IMG/VR virus record: IMGVR_UViG_3300046665_000384
Location: 28,974 to 92,973 of that record
From: a virus
Direction: 5' to 3' (one strand)
Length of the DNA: 64,000 bases
Shown here piece after piece: positions 37,401 to 47,339 of this stretch. The notes under the pieces were generated by a model, which worked only from the letters and a program-made list of their open reading frames with translations, had not been told where the DNA came from and ran no database searches. Position 1 is the first letter of the stretch, and every line of letters begins with the position of its first letter. The translations under genes were made by a program, and so were the position numbers.

Positions 37401-38038
37401 CCGATCACCCGCGCGGCCACATTGCGGAACGCCAGACGGTCGACGAAGCCAATGGCGTCGCCGTATTTGTCGGTTTGGTGGCCGAGGTTGATCGCGTCGG
37501 ACACGCCGTCGATGTCGTCCTTGTCGGCCAACTCGTTGCACCCGTGCGTCTTCCAGAACCACGCCGCGCTGCGGCATGCGCCCTCGGGCGTACGCAGCCA
37601 GTTGCCCACCTGATCGAGCGGGATGCCGAAGTAGCGGCCGCATTTCGCGTGATTGTCACGGAAAGTCAGGGAGATGAGGCCCGCGCCCCGGAACAGCCAG
37701 CCGTCGCCGCTGGCCTCGTTGCCGTTGCCGCCCCGGTTCGCATACACCCTATTGGCGATGGCCTCCGGGCGGTGAGCGTAGACGTCCGCAATGGCGCGGG
37801 TAGGGAAGCGCGACGGCCACACCACCATCAGGCGCTCGGCGCGGTAGTCCAATCCCTCCTGCACAGCCGTGAGCTGGGAGCTTTCGACGGCCAGCTGCGT
37901 GATGTAGTGTTCGGCGCGCAGCTCCGTCACGATGTCGAATTCGCGCATGGCCGCCTGAAGCGGGGTCACGTACAGCGCCGCGAGCTTGCCGGCGCGCGGC
38001 ATGATCTTCGCGATCTGGTCGGCGGTGACGGTCAGCAC
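37397..38038 (-). CDS. GH19 family endolysin
   Basis: Q..VES..L....E.L.Y; P..IANRVYANR.GNG.E.SGDGW.FRG.GLI.LT. Confidence 0.9.
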   Translation of the reverse strand: MLTVTADQIAKIMPRAGKLAALYVTPLQAAMREFDIVTELRAEHYITQLAVESSQLTAVQEGLDYRAERLMVVWPSRFPTRAIADVYAHRPEAIANRVYANRGGNGNEASGDGWLFRGAGLISLTFRDNHAKCGRYFGIPLDQVGNWLRTPEGACRSAAWFWKTHGCNELADKDDIDGVSDAINLGHQTDKYGDAIGFVDRLAFRNVAARVIG

Positions 38039-38169
38039 AGGCCCACCATCGCGAGAATAGCGATCAGGGACAGCGCCAGAGTGCCCATGGTGCGGGTCGG
38101 CAGGCGCTTGTCGAGCACGCCCCATACGCACGCGCCGATGACCCCCAGCAGTGCGATATTGATGATCAT
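38032..38169 (-). CDS. 45-aa two-TM lysis-associated protein (holin/antiholin)
   Basis: Hydrophobic; between holin and endolysin. Confidence 0.55.
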   Translation of the reverse strand: MIINIALLGVIGACVWGVLDKRLPTRTMGTLALSLIAILAMVGLC

Positions 38170-38513
38170 TTTTCGCCTCCGAAGTAGCGGCGCTTCAGCG
38201 TACCGATGATGTCGGCCTCGTTGATTTCGGTGAACAGCTCGCGGCAGGTGGCCAGCGCGAACAGACCGACGAGGAATTCGACCCCGGAATGCACCTTGGG
38301 GCCGGCAATGCTGAAAAACTCGATCACGGCGGGCGCGATGAAGACCGCGCACGCGAAGCCGACCGCGAACGAAATGAGCTTCTGCGACAGGCTCAGGCCC
38401 TCGCCCAAGAACTTGAGCGAGACCGCCGCCCCGGCAGCGCCGGGGAGGTACCCGAGGGCCGCTTTTGCGAGCGCCGTCAGGATCGCGGTAATGGTTGCTA
38501 CTGGTTCTGCCAT
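38166..38513 (-). CDS. holin
   Basis: About 3 TM segments, basic C-term, upstream of endolysin. Confidence 0.75.
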   Translation of the reverse strand: MAEPVATITAILTALAKAALGYLPGAAGAAVSLKFLGEGLSLSQKLISFAVGFACAVFIAPAVIEFFSIAGPKVHSGVEFLVGLFALATCRELFTEINEADIIGTLKRRYFGGEK

Positions 38514-38529
38514 GTGTATCCCTTCGGCG

Positions 38530-38793
38530 CTATCGCGCGATGACCTTCCCTAAATTGACGATTGCCTTCGCTACGTTGTCGAGGCGGTCGATGATCGCGG
38601 CATCCACTTTGTGCCGGGCCTCCTGCGCTTTCTTCCAGTCGCTGTAGGCCCGGCTATCGAAGATGCTGCGCACGTCGGAACTGCGCATCGCCCGTGCATC
38701 GCTGTAGCTGACACCGAAGTGTAAAAACAAGCTGGCCAGCACTTCGCTATGCTTTTCCTGTGACTGAGAGCGCAATTGCTCCGATAGCGGCAT
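38530..38793 (-). CDS. small tail-associated protein
   Basis: Overlaps upstream gene; start uncertain. Confidence 0.5.
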   Translation of the reverse strand: MPLSEQLRSQSQEKHSEVLASLFLHFGVSYSDARAMRSSDVRSIFDSRAYSDWKKAQEARHKVDAAIIDRLDNVAKAIVNLGKVIAR

Positions 38794-39505
38794 GTACGTG
38801 AAATCGTGCCGGTGGCGCTACCGCCCCGGCCTCCTTTGGCAACACGACGACACCCTGCTCATCGAACCAGATCGTGAAAAACTGGCCGTCCCGGTCCAGC
38901 GCAGCGCGATAGTTCAGGTACATGCTGTCGAGCGCGGAACTCGGGAAGGAGCGCATCGTTTCCATGCGCGCCTTGAGCCATTCGGCGTACTTCGCCTCCT
39001 CGGACAGCGGGTCCGGCGTGCTTTCCCCTTCGCGCACCAGCTGCGCCGCCATGGCGCCGAGCAGCCAATAGGCGCGGCCGGGCAGGGTGCTTTCGATCTG
39101 CAACGTCTCCAGCACCTCGGCGGCGGCCCCGGTCAGTGGGCGCAGCACCCATTTGTCGCCGTGGGCCTCGAACGTGGCCGGCGTCTCCGGCAAGTCCTTG
39201 CCTGCGTCCAGATAGTCGGACAGCTTCGACGTTTCGGTGACGGAATAGTCCGGGCCGTCCTCGCGGACGTGGATGCAGTAGTGCGCCAGCGCCATCAGGC
39301 GCTCGCCCACGCTCCATGCGCGCGGATCCGCGACGTGCGCCGGGCTCGGCGTCTCGGCGCTGGCGACGGCCCGCGCAAGGAACTCCGTCAGCGCCTTCTC
39401 GTGGGCCAGCTCGGGCAGGCCGCACAGCTCGATTTCGTCGCCAATGGAAAGCTCCTGCAGGCGGACATCGAGCCGCCTGCGGCGCAGTGGAGAAAAGGTG
39501 ATCAT
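38747..39505 (-). CDS. tail/baseplate assembly protein
   Basis: In late operon; ELSIG..I.L...P motif. Confidence 0.55.
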   Translation of the reverse strand: MITFSPLRRRRLDVRLQELSIGDEIELCGLPELAHEKALTEFLARAVASAETPSPAHVADPRAWSVGERLMALAHYCIHVREDGPDYSVTETSKLSDYLDAGKDLPETPATFEAHGDKWVLRPLTGAAAEVLETLQIESTLPGRAYWLLGAMAAQLVREGESTPDPLSEEAKYAEWLKARMETMRSFPSSALDSMYLNYRAALDRDGQFFTIWFDEQGVVVLPKEAGAVAPPARFHVHAAIGAIALSVTGKA

Positions 39506-40332
39506 CGATACATCTTCCGTATGTCGCTCCGGTCGAGCGCGGTCAGCGTCGCCACCGTGATCTGGACGGAGCACGAGGTCATGACGCCCTTGTCGGAGCG
39601 GGGGTTGGTGATGGGCTTGCCGACGTTCTCAATGACCATCGGCATAAAGGTCTGGTCGCCGTATCGGATGCCGATGATCTGCGGCGTCTCGGACGGGAAA
39701 ATGGTGTCGAAAACGTTCTGGCTCAGCCCGTTCTTGAGCCCGCCCGCGACCAAGCCATCGCTGGACAGGCGCTGCGGCGCGGCCCACTCTTCCAGCTTCA
39801 GGATCGGGTCGCGCACTTCCTTGATTTCGTCCTTCAGCGCGCGAAAGTGCAGCGTGAAAGTGAGTTTGACGGGCGGCATGCCGCTGAAAATCTGCGTGCT
39901 GTTGAGCTTGGTGATGCCGGTCTTGCCTTCCAGCTTGCGGGACATCTCGGTCGCCTGATTCGACAGCTTGCCGAACGTCTCGGGCATCACGCCGCCATTG
40001 GCCACGCCCTGCAAAATCGAGGTCAGGCTGCCCGACTGGAGCATCGCCGACAGGGCAGGGGCTTTAGACTCCGCGCCGGCATTCTCGAACGGACTGTTCC
40101 ACGTCAGCGACATCTCGCTCGTGCCCTCCGTCATGGGGGCATGCACCTCAATGGTGTCGTCGGCCACGTACAGGTCGTCCGTCGTGCCGTCCTTCTTGCG
40201 ACCCTGTTCCCAGCCGGTCCCGTCCGACAGCTTGCGGACCGGGTAGAGCCGGGCAATGAGGTGCGGAGATAGGCCGGTCCAGTCGGAACTGAGGACGGTG
40301 ACGGCGCTCGATGACGTGGGCAGGTTTGGCAT
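39502..40332 (-). CDS. baseplate/tail-tube-initiator-like protein
   Basis: W.SPFE, T..NS.Q.F.G..P..L.F.L.F.A pattern of P1-type tail genes. Confidence 0.55.
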   Translation of the reverse strand: MPNLPTSSSAVTVLSSDWTGLSPHLIARLYPVRKLSDGTGWEQGRKKDGTTDDLYVADDTIEVHAPMTEGTSEMSLTWNSPFENAGAESKAPALSAMLQSGSLTSILQGVANGGVMPETFGKLSNQATEMSRKLEGKTGITKLNSTQIFSGMPPVKLTFTLHFRALKDEIKEVRDPILKLEEWAAPQRLSSDGLVAGGLKNGLSQNVFDTIFPSETPQIIGIRYGDQTFMPMVIENVGKPITNPRSDKGVMTSCSVQITVATLTALDRSDIRKMYR

Positions 40333-40338
40333 GCCCGC

Positions 40339-40379
40339 AGTATCGGCCGGGCGCAGGCGCGGGCCTTGCGTCCTTTTCC
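40339..40379 (-). promoter_or_regulatory. late-promoter motif
   Basis: GGAAAAGG-N27-GATACT. Confidence 0.65.
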
Positions 40380-40387
40380 AATGGACG

Positions 40388-40415
40388 AAAAAAAGGGCGG
40401 GGATGTCCCGCCCTT
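40388..40415 (-). terminator. intrinsic terminator
   Basis: AAGGGCGGGA/CCCGCCCTT hairpin with T-run on the minus strand. Confidence 0.75.
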
Positions 40416-40433
40416 CGGTTCAGCGCCCGAGGA

Positions 40434-41147
40434 TTACAGGCCGGCCGCTTTACGCTTGCGCATCGACTTCATGCGGCGGACCGTGGCGGCGGCCGAGTGC
40501 GACTTGCGCAGCATCTTGCGGATGCTGATTTTCTGCTTGGCCGTCAAGCGGACGTGGCCGGAGATGCGTTTGTTGATGCGCACCTTCTTGCCGTTGCGGA
40601 ACGCGATGCGCTTCTTGTACACGGCGTCGAACACCGCGCCGTCCGACTCGTCGTCGAACGCGAACGCATCGATTTCGTCGCCGGCCGCGTCTTCGCCGTC
40701 CGGCAGGGCCGCGACAATGAGGTCGTGCACGCGGTCGGCGGCGGCGGCGTCGAAGTTGTTCAGCAGCGCGTCGCAGTCGTCGTCCGAGACGCCCTTGGCC
40801 GACAGGTAGTCCCATGCGTTGTCCAGCACGGCCGTGCACACTTCCTGCTCGGCGTCATCGAGTTCGCCGTCCTTGTCGGCATCGGCCACGCCAACCACCA
40901 GCGCCAGCAGGCGGTCGGCGAGAGTTTCGCCGTCAGCCAGATCGTCCGCGCTCGTCTCCGCCCACTGCTGGACGATGGCGGCGGCCTTCAGGCGCAGGTC
41001 GGTGTCGGCGTAGGACGACGCATCGGCTGGGGCCGAATTGTCCACGCCATCGAGCACGGCCACGGTTTTCGCTTTCGACTCCGGTTTCGCGGCGGCCGGG
41101 GACGGCATCGCCGCGCGCAGCGCCATCGCGAGAGGGGTTTTCATCAT
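40434..41147 (-). CDS. P1 gp21-like virion protein (acidic N-term, basic C-term)
   Basis: Downstream of sheath; RNGK...K....RLTAKQK...RK.H..AA..RR.KSM..R. Confidence 0.65.
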   Translation of the reverse strand: MMKTPLAMALRAAMPSPAAAKPESKAKTVAVLDGVDNSAPADASSYADTDLRLKAAAIVQQWAETSADDLADGETLADRLLALVVGVADADKDGELDDAEQEVCTAVLDNAWDYLSAKGVSDDDCDALLNNFDAAAADRVHDLIVAALPDGEDAAGDEIDAFAFDDESDGAVFDAVYKKRIAFRNGKKVRINKRISGHVRLTAKQKISIRKMLRKSHSAAATVRRMKSMRKRKAAGL

Positions 41148-41159
41148 GTCAGTTCTTCC

Positions 41160-42788
41160 TTATCGGGACAGGGTTTGGGTAATGTAGATCGCGCGCGCCA
41201 CGCCGTCGTAGTGCGTACCGTAGTTGATGTCGAAGCGGTCGGCCGGGCGCTGCGCGTTGCGCGTCACCGTGAACGTGTAGCCTTTGTCGCCCAGCGCTGC
41301 ATCGTTCGACGGGACCAGCCAGCCGGAGGCACGGCAACCGTCGAAGAACGACTTCAGGAACGTCTCGGTACGGCGGATCGCGACGTCCATCGGCAGCTGC
41401 TTCGTACCCTTGGCGAACTTCGCCACGGTGTCATCCACCGACGCGCTCATCTCGGCCACCGAAACCAGCTTCTTGTACGACGTGCTGACCTTGGCGCAGG
41501 TGAGCGAATCGGTGAACACGAAACGACCGCCATCTTCGTACGTCTCGAACAGCACCGGGTTGATACGCGCCTTGGCCAGATCGTTCAGCTCGGGGTCGCT
41601 CGGCGTCGTCAGCTGCTTGATGCCCGTGCGGCCCAACGGCCAGTTCTTGCCGGCGACCGGCGCATTTTTCGGCGCGATACCGTATGCGTTGGTCTGCGCG
41701 TTGCGTGCGCAGCGCAGGCCGATGTTGTAGCCCGAGGTGCCGATGACTGCCTTGCCGCCGTTCACCGGATCGTCCGACTGGAGCGGAGCCCAATAGGCCG
41801 CAACGTAGTGCGTGTCGATGTTCAGCTGGTTCACGAATGCGATGGCCGCCGCCGCGCTCAGGGTGCCGGGAACGTCGAATGCCATGGGGCGGTTCGAGCG
41901 CACCGCCAGCTGCACCAGCTTGGACAGCAGAGATACGCTGGCCGTGCCGCCGCCCATGATGTAGCCGAAGTCGTAGGAGCCTTTTTCGATCAGGTTGATG
42001 GCCTTGTCGTAATGCGTGTCCGTGTAGGCCGTGCCGCCTTCCGAGAACAGCACCAGCGGCGACGCGCCGGTCGTGGCGACCTTGGCCGTGCCGTCAGCGT
42101 TGCGGCCGTAGCAGTCGGCATTGGTCGGGATGGACGCGTTCGCGGCGACGCTGATCGTGACCGCATCGGTCTGCGCCGAGATGACCGCGCCGATGAAGTA
42201 GTCCTGCCCGTAGTCGTCCTTGGCCGCCGGATCGAGCGACCCGGTGAATTCGTACAGCAGGTTGCCGTTCGGCTCAAGGATGCTCAGGGTGATGACTTTC
42301 GCCGGGATCGCGGTCACGCCGTCCGTGTCCAGCACCTTTTCGGCCGACACCTTGATCGTGATGCCGTCGTTGAAGCATTCGAGGTGCTGGAGGTAGAACA
42401 CATACGGGGCGATGGGAACCGCTGCGCTCGCGGCGAACGAAGACGCGCCACCGGCTGCGACGTTGAACACGGCATAGCTGTTGACCGCCGCATCGGTCAC
42501 GAGGCGCGCCACGACAGCCTCGGCCGTGCCATTGTTCAGGGCTTCATACAGCTGCACGTAGGTCTCGTTGAGCGCCGACACGCGGATCGATTCCGGCGCG
42601 CCCAGCACCGAGCGCAGATTGCCGCGATTGACCCGGAACGCGGCATCGATGCGCCCGCGCTTAAAGCGGCCAACGGTGGCCGCCATCTGGTCGCTGTTGC
42701 CGGTCGCGAAGCCGTCCGTGTTGTCACGGAGCGGGTTCAGCTGAACGCCCGGTTGCGCGCCCAGCTGACGGGTATGGGGATAGAACAT
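41160..42788 (-). CDS. tail sheath protein (P1 gp22-like)
   Basis: VGRF.RG.ID..F.V; L..ARINPV; D.LT; G..R.I. Confidence 0.8.
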   Translation of the reverse strand: MFYPHTRQLGAQPGVQLNPLRDNTDGFATGNSDQMAATVGRFKRGRIDAAFRVNRGNLRSVLGAPESIRVSALNETYVQLYEALNNGTAEAVVARLVTDAAVNSYAVFNVAAGGASSFAASAAVPIAPYVFYLQHLECFNDGITIKVSAEKVLDTDGVTAIPAKVITLSILEPNGNLLYEFTGSLDPAAKDDYGQDYFIGAVISAQTDAVTISVAANASIPTNADCYGRNADGTAKVATTGASPLVLFSEGGTAYTDTHYDKAINLIEKGSYDFGYIMGGGTASVSLLSKLVQLAVRSNRPMAFDVPGTLSAAAAIAFVNQLNIDTHYVAAYWAPLQSDDPVNGGKAVIGTSGYNIGLRCARNAQTNAYGIAPKNAPVAGKNWPLGRTGIKQLTTPSDPELNDLAKARINPVLFETYEDGGRFVFTDSLTCAKVSTSYKKLVSVAEMSASVDDTVAKFAKGTKQLPMDVAIRRTETFLKSFFDGCRASGWLVPSNDAALGDKGYTFTVTRNAQRPADRFDINYGTHYDGVARAIYITQTLSR

Positions 42789-42806
42789 GGATAACGTTCC
42801 TTCGCG

Positions 42807-43412
42807 TTATTCGACTTCGGCAACGCGCAGCATCGGCGGTTCCGAGTCCTTGTAATGGTCGGAAATCGACAGGATCGACGCGCACTCGAAGCGCATGCGC
42901 GCCAGCTCGTCCTCGTCATTCACCGGAACCGGCATGGTGCTGTGCGGCGCGACGTGATGACGGGCGACGACGTACGGGATCGGCGTGTCGTTCACGATTT
43001 CCACGAGGCGGGGGAATTCCAACACCGTGATCACGGACAGGGCCGACAGGCCCAGCACGGCCGCGTCATCGACATCGGCAGAGTTGCCCTTGTCTTGCAG
43101 ATCGCCTGCCGATCCGTCGTCGCCCGCTGCGCCGGGCAGCGTCGTCGTGTCGGTCGAGCCCGCCGCGCCCGCCGTAGTGGCGAAATCGGATGCTCCCGTG
43201 GCGTCGCCTGCCGAGCCATCGCCCGGCGTGCCGGCCAGCGCCAGCGCTGTCGAATCGGTCGCGCCCGTCGCACCTGCCGAAGCGGCAGAATTGGCTGCGC
43301 CCGTGGTGTCGCCTGCAACGATGCCGCTGTTCTGATCGCCTTGGGTCGGCGGGAGAGCTGCCACCACCTTTTTACGGGTAGTGGCAGCAGTGGTTTTACC
43401 CTCTGCTGCCAT
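42807..43412 (-). CDS. Ala/Thr/Gly-rich virion-associated protein
   Basis: Between capsid and sheath; GGAG RBS. Confidence 0.55.
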   Translation of the reverse strand: MAAEGKTTAATTRKKVVAALPPTQGDQNSGIVAGDTTGAANSAASAGATGATDSTALALAGTPGDGSAGDATGASDFATTAGAAGSTDTTTLPGAAGDDGSAGDLQDKGNSADVDDAAVLGLSALSVITVLEFPRLVEIVNDTPIPYVVARHHVAPHSTMPVPVNDEDELARMRFECASILSISDHYKDSEPPMLRVAEVE

Positions 43413-43427
43413 TGCTTCAGCTCCTTA

Positions 43428-45071
43428 TCAGAACAGGTTCGTGACCGTGATCAGCGCGCAGCCGGCCGCCGACATGTCGTGCGGGTTGGTGGCCGTGAAG
43501 CTGCGGGCGTGGAAGCCAACGCCCGAGCGCAGGTCGGTACCGGTGCCCAGCGGCTCGAACATCGGGGCCGACGCGTCGCCGAAGATGATCGGGTTGCGTG
43601 CGGTCTGCTGCGAACGGCCCACTGCGAGGATTTCGCAGGTCTTGTTGTCCGCCGACTCGTTGACCACCTTCGGGGTGTAATACACCTCGTATTTGCCGAA
43701 CAGACGGCCGACGCGGTAGATGCCCGGACGTGCGGTGACGCCGGACGGCTCGAACAGCTCGCGCGGCATGGCGAGGAACTGCGCCATGATGTTCTTGCCG
43801 ACGTACAGGTGCGTGATGCCGTGATCCGCCGTGTCTTCGGCCATCTTCTGGTCGCCCACGCCCAGCACCGCCGAGAAGTTCTGCCAGATTTGCGCCTGCG
43901 TCTTCTGCTGAATCTGGGTCGAATATTGGAAATCGAAGGTGAGCGGGTTCTGGAACTTGCCGATCATCTTGACCTTGCGCAGCGCGTCGTAGTGACGCTC
44001 CAGCGCGTACTGGGCGCGAATCGTCAGCATGGCTTCGGCGCCAGCGTCGATGCCGACTTCATTCGCGAACTGCGAACGCGATTCCGGCGTGACCTGATAG
44101 ATCACGCGGAACGGGTTGGCGAACAGCTGGTACATGGCCGCCTGCACGGACATGCGCGGCGTCACCGACGCGTCCGCTTCGTAGTCCACGTACGTTTCGC
44201 AGGTCACGACCGTGCCGGCCGGGAATGCCGTGTTCGGCGTTACGGAGACTTCGCCGCTGGCCGGCTTCACGGTGCCGGTCAGGGTGTAGTCGGTCGAGCC
44301 GAGGCGAACCGTGCCGCTCACCGGGACGGTGGCCAGCACGTTCGAGCCGTTGGTCACTTCGGTCACGGCGCGCTTGCCGTTGACGTAGACGATGGTGCGG
44401 CCGCGCAGCAGGTTCAGTACCGCGCCAGTACCGTCCGTTCGCCTCGTGAACGTGAACTTGTAGTTCGCGGTATCGTTCGGAGCTGCCAGTTCCTGCACGC
44501 GCGCGCCGGCCACGTAGCCGCCGCCGGCCGCAACGCCGTCCATCATGTCCGACACCTTGTAGTCGCCCCAGTCGCTGCCGGCGAGGTGATTGACGATGAT
44601 CAGGCGGGCTTCGTTCGAGCCTTTGTCGGCCGGCAGGTAGCCGGCGAACGGGCATGCTTCGGCCAGCGCGCCCATGACGGCGACGATGGGGGCGTTCGGG
44701 TTGATCGAAATCTGGTCGTGGTGGCTGTTGTTCACCGAGTCGAAGATGCTGCGACCCTGATGGACAGCCGACAGCAGAACGTCGCCGCTCGGGCTGACGC
44801 CATGTTCAGCCGCGTACGCTTTCACGCCGTCGAAAATCGCCTTGACAATCATTTCGCCCTGCTTGTCGGTGGCGCGGCCGAGCAGCTCGTCGAGCACGCG
44901 CGGCGTGCCCCCGGAGGCGTTCTTGATCGAGCCCATGGCCGTATCCGCCGCTGCCGCCGAATCCAGCACCATGCCGGCCGTCGATCCAGCGCCGACGATG
45001 CCGCTGACGAAATGCTCCAGCTGAATTTCGTCTTCCTTGGTGTACTTCTCTTGCGTGTTAGTTCCGCTCAT
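43428..45071 (-). CDS. major capsid protein (P1 gp23-like)
   Basis: AGS.WG.Y...D..D, RGRT.VYVN, G.LFG...VY, GDA..P recall P1 gp23. Confidence 0.85.
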   Translation of the reverse strand: MSGTNTQEKYTKEDEIQLEHFVSGIVGAGSTAGMVLDSAAAADTAMGSIKNASGGTPRVLDELLGRATDKQGEMIVKAIFDGVKAYAAEHGVSPSGDVLLSAVHQGRSIFDSVNNSHHDQISINPNAPIVAVMGALAEACPFAGYLPADKGSNEARLIIVNHLAGSDWGDYKVSDMMDGVAAGGGYVAGARVQELAAPNDTANYKFTFTRRTDGTGAVLNLLRGRTIVYVNGKRAVTEVTNGSNVLATVPVSGTVRLGSTDYTLTGTVKPASGEVSVTPNTAFPAGTVVTCETYVDYEADASVTPRMSVQAAMYQLFANPFRVIYQVTPESRSQFANEVGIDAGAEAMLTIRAQYALERHYDALRKVKMIGKFQNPLTFDFQYSTQIQQKTQAQIWQNFSAVLGVGDQKMAEDTADHGITHLYVGKNIMAQFLAMPRELFEPSGVTARPGIYRVGRLFGKYEVYYTPKVVNESADNKTCEILAVGRSQQTARNPIIFGDASAPMFEPLGTGTDLRSGVGFHARSFTATNPHDMSAAGCALITVTNLF

Positions 45072-45145
45072 TGCTTTCCCTTGAAAAATGGATGTTGATT
45101 GCACTTCAAACTAATGCGCGGAACCCCGCACATAACTGAGACTTC

Positions 45146-45186
45146 ATTGTCAGGCGGCGCTATGGGGCCGCCGGTCGTCGTTTTCC
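45146..45186 (-). promoter_or_regulatory. late-promoter motif upstream of capsid gene
   Basis: GGAAAACG-N27-GACAAT. Confidence 0.7.
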
Positions 45187-45680
45187 TAACTCGGCACCGG
45201 TTCGCCGGTCAGGGATGCCAGCTCGTCGCGCGCGGCGCTGATGGCCTCGTCGACCGAAGCGATTTTTTCGCGCAGAACCTGCTCCATCTTTGGCGCGGCG
45301 GTGCGAATCGACTTGGGCAGCTCGACCTTCGTTTTCGCCAGCGCGGCTTGGAACTTGGCCCGGCCCTTGGTCATCGCGGCGACGATTTCGACGACCGCCT
45401 TCTGGTGATCGTCCTGCGAGCGCAGCGGCAGCAGCTTGCCGTTCACCTTGGCCTGATAAACGTCGCCGGTCTGCTTGATGCCGAAGCTCACGGTCTGGTT
45501 GTCCGCGAAGCCGAAATGCACCTCGCGGTAGCTCACGCCGGCCGTGCGGCGCACCTTGGCGTCGACGTCGACCGTTGCGACGGCGGCCCCGGCCTGCGCG
45601 AAGTAGCGCTTGGCCTTCTTGATGGATTCCTCCTTGCCGGAGAGGTTGAAGAAATCGAAAATCAGGTTTTTATCTGCCAT
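45186..45680 (-). CDS. hdf: Hdf/DarA-N-like antirestriction virion protein
   Basis: F.D.Q.V......TGDV....VNGK..P plus coiled coil. Confidence 0.7.
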   Translation of the reverse strand: MADKNLIFDFFNLSGKEESIKKAKRYFAQAGAAVATVDVDAKVRRTAGVSYREVHFGFADNQTVSFGIKQTGDVYQAKVNGKLLPLRSQDDHQKAVVEIVAAMTKGRAKFQAALAKTKVELPKSIRTAAPKMEQVLREKIASVDEAISAARDELASLTGEPVPS

Positions 45681-45691
45681 CTCTGCTCCAT

Positions 45692-46273
45692 TTAAGCGGG
45701 CGGTCCGGACTTCTCGCCCGGATTGCCCGGCTTGGTCTTGTCGTGCATGTGCGTGCTGCCAATGTCCTTGCCGTTGTTCTTGACGCTGCCGCTGCCCTCC
45801 AAGCCGGCGTTGTAGGTAATGAGGCCGTCGACCGTAACCGCGCCGGTAAAGTGGGAGTCGGGCGAATCCACGAGTACCTTGGGCGACGTCACCGTCGCCT
45901 GATTGCTCGCGTTCACCTCGACCTTGGGCGCATTGATCGTGACCTTTACGCCTGCGTCGATCACGAACCCCTCGTCAGCCGTGAACTGGAAGTTTGCATG
46001 CTCGAACCTGCGCCAATCGATGCCGTTTTCCTCGTTCCTCGGCCGGTACCCGACGATGACCGGGTAGCGCGTGTCGCCGCGCTCGAACGCCAGCCACACG
46101 TCATCGCCCGGCTTGACGCGGATTTCGGTGTGATAGCTCTTATCCCCAAGCGGGTTGCAGAACTGGGCCTCGGGCAGGTCGGTTGCGCCGTCCGTCAAGC
46201 CGGGGATGCGCACCTTCGCAATGCGCGCCTCGCGGTCGATGGAATCCACTACGGCAGGTAACAAACTGATCAC
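45692..46273 (-). CDS. baseplate spike (gpV-like)
   Basis: OB-fold PGD.VW..FE.GD..YP.I.G; beta-helix; H.H tip. Confidence 0.85.
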   Translation of the reverse strand: MISLLPAVVDSIDREARIAKVRIPGLTDGATDLPEAQFCNPLGDKSYHTEIRVKPGDDVWLAFERGDTRYPVIVGYRPRNEENGIDWRRFEHANFQFTADEGFVIDAGVKVTINAPKVEVNASNQATVTSPKVLVDSPDSHFTGAVTVDGLITYNAGLEGSGSVKNNGKDIGSTHMHDKTKPGNPGEKSGPPA

Positions 46274-47148
46274 GACAAGCTCCCCAGCCAGAAGCGCGAA
46301 TACTGTTTCGCGCCCCCGCCATCCACGTTGTTTTGCATGGTGTGCGCGGCCGTCATGACGACCATCGGCACCCCGTTCATGTCGAACACGTCACCCGCGC
46401 GCACGCCGAGGCTCGGGATGCAGGCGACAACCTTGCGGCGCACCAGAACGCGCCCCATCAGGCCCAGCTCGCGGGCGTTCTTGTGCGGGGCGTACACGAC
46501 GGCCTGCGCGTCGTCGCGCCGCTCGCCGAACAGGAACTTGCCGTCCGGGCCGGTCGAGAAATACGCCGGCAGCTCGTCGTTCACGAGGAAGTCGCTGCGC
46601 ACGTCCTCCGACGCCAGCACCGCCATGGTTTCGACCGGCTTTTGCGCCATCACGTCGCGCAGGCGCATGAGCGTCACCGCGCCGCTGCGCCACATCAGCA
46701 CCGCGCCTTCCTCCTGCATCACCTGCGCCAGCTGGAACGTCGGCACGTCGCCCTTGAAGCACGCGAAGCGGCCGACGTTGATGTCGCCCTTGACGGTGGC
46801 GGTCGCGCCACAGGAGCGGTATAGGGACGCGAAGCTCGTGTTCTTCGCGATCACCGCCGTGCGCCGCCTGCGCGCCACGTTTACCAGCGCCTCCGGGAAG
46901 GCCGTGATGGACACCGCCGACATCGGGTAGGAGCCCTGCGTCAGCCCGCCGGCATTGTTCATCGGCTCGCACTTGACGATGCGGAAGTCGATTTCGTTCA
47001 CCCGGATCACGCGCCCGTCTTGGAAGTCGGTCGCGATTTCCGGTACCAGCCGGATTTGCGCCTCGAACGTCAGCGGGATCGGGGCGAGGTCGTAGCGCAG
47101 GCAGGCCGACAGCACCATGTCGCCGCGCACGCCGTTCACGTTAATCAT
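46270..47148 (-). CDS. baseplate hub-like protein (P1 gp6 position)
   Basis: SA.LR.DL.PIP...E; adjacent to spike. Confidence 0.6.
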   Translation of the reverse strand: MINVNGVRGDMVLSACLRYDLAPIPLTFEAQIRLVPEIATDFQDGRVIRVNEIDFRIVKCEPMNNAGGLTQGSYPMSAVSITAFPEALVNVARRRRTAVIAKNTSFASLYRSCGATATVKGDINVGRFACFKGDVPTFQLAQVMQEEGAVLMWRSGAVTLMRLRDVMAQKPVETMAVLASEDVRSDFLVNDELPAYFSTGPDGKFLFGERRDDAQAVVYAPHKNARELGLMGRVLVRRKVVACIPSLGVRAGDVFDMNGVPMVVMTAAHTMQNNVDGGGAKQYSRFWLGSLS

Positions 47149-47339
47149 GCGAGTCCTTGAAGCCTGCGATATTCGGCATAGCTGATGACGCCGCCGCAGT
47201 GGCGACAGATGTAATTCGAGTTGCGCACGCGGTCGTTCAGCGGCCGGAAGCTATGGCCACCGCAGGACGCCAGATCACTTTCGTTGCGCCACGCCGCTCC
47301 GCGCGCTTCGAGCGGGAACTCGAAATGGTGGATGCTCAT
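47145..47339 (-). CDS. small zinc-binding protein
   Basis: SCGGH.F...Y.C.HCGG. Confidence 0.45.
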   Translation of the reverse strand: MSIHHFEFPLEARGAAWRNESDLASCGGHSFRPLNDRVRNSNYICRHCGGVISYAEYRRLQGLA

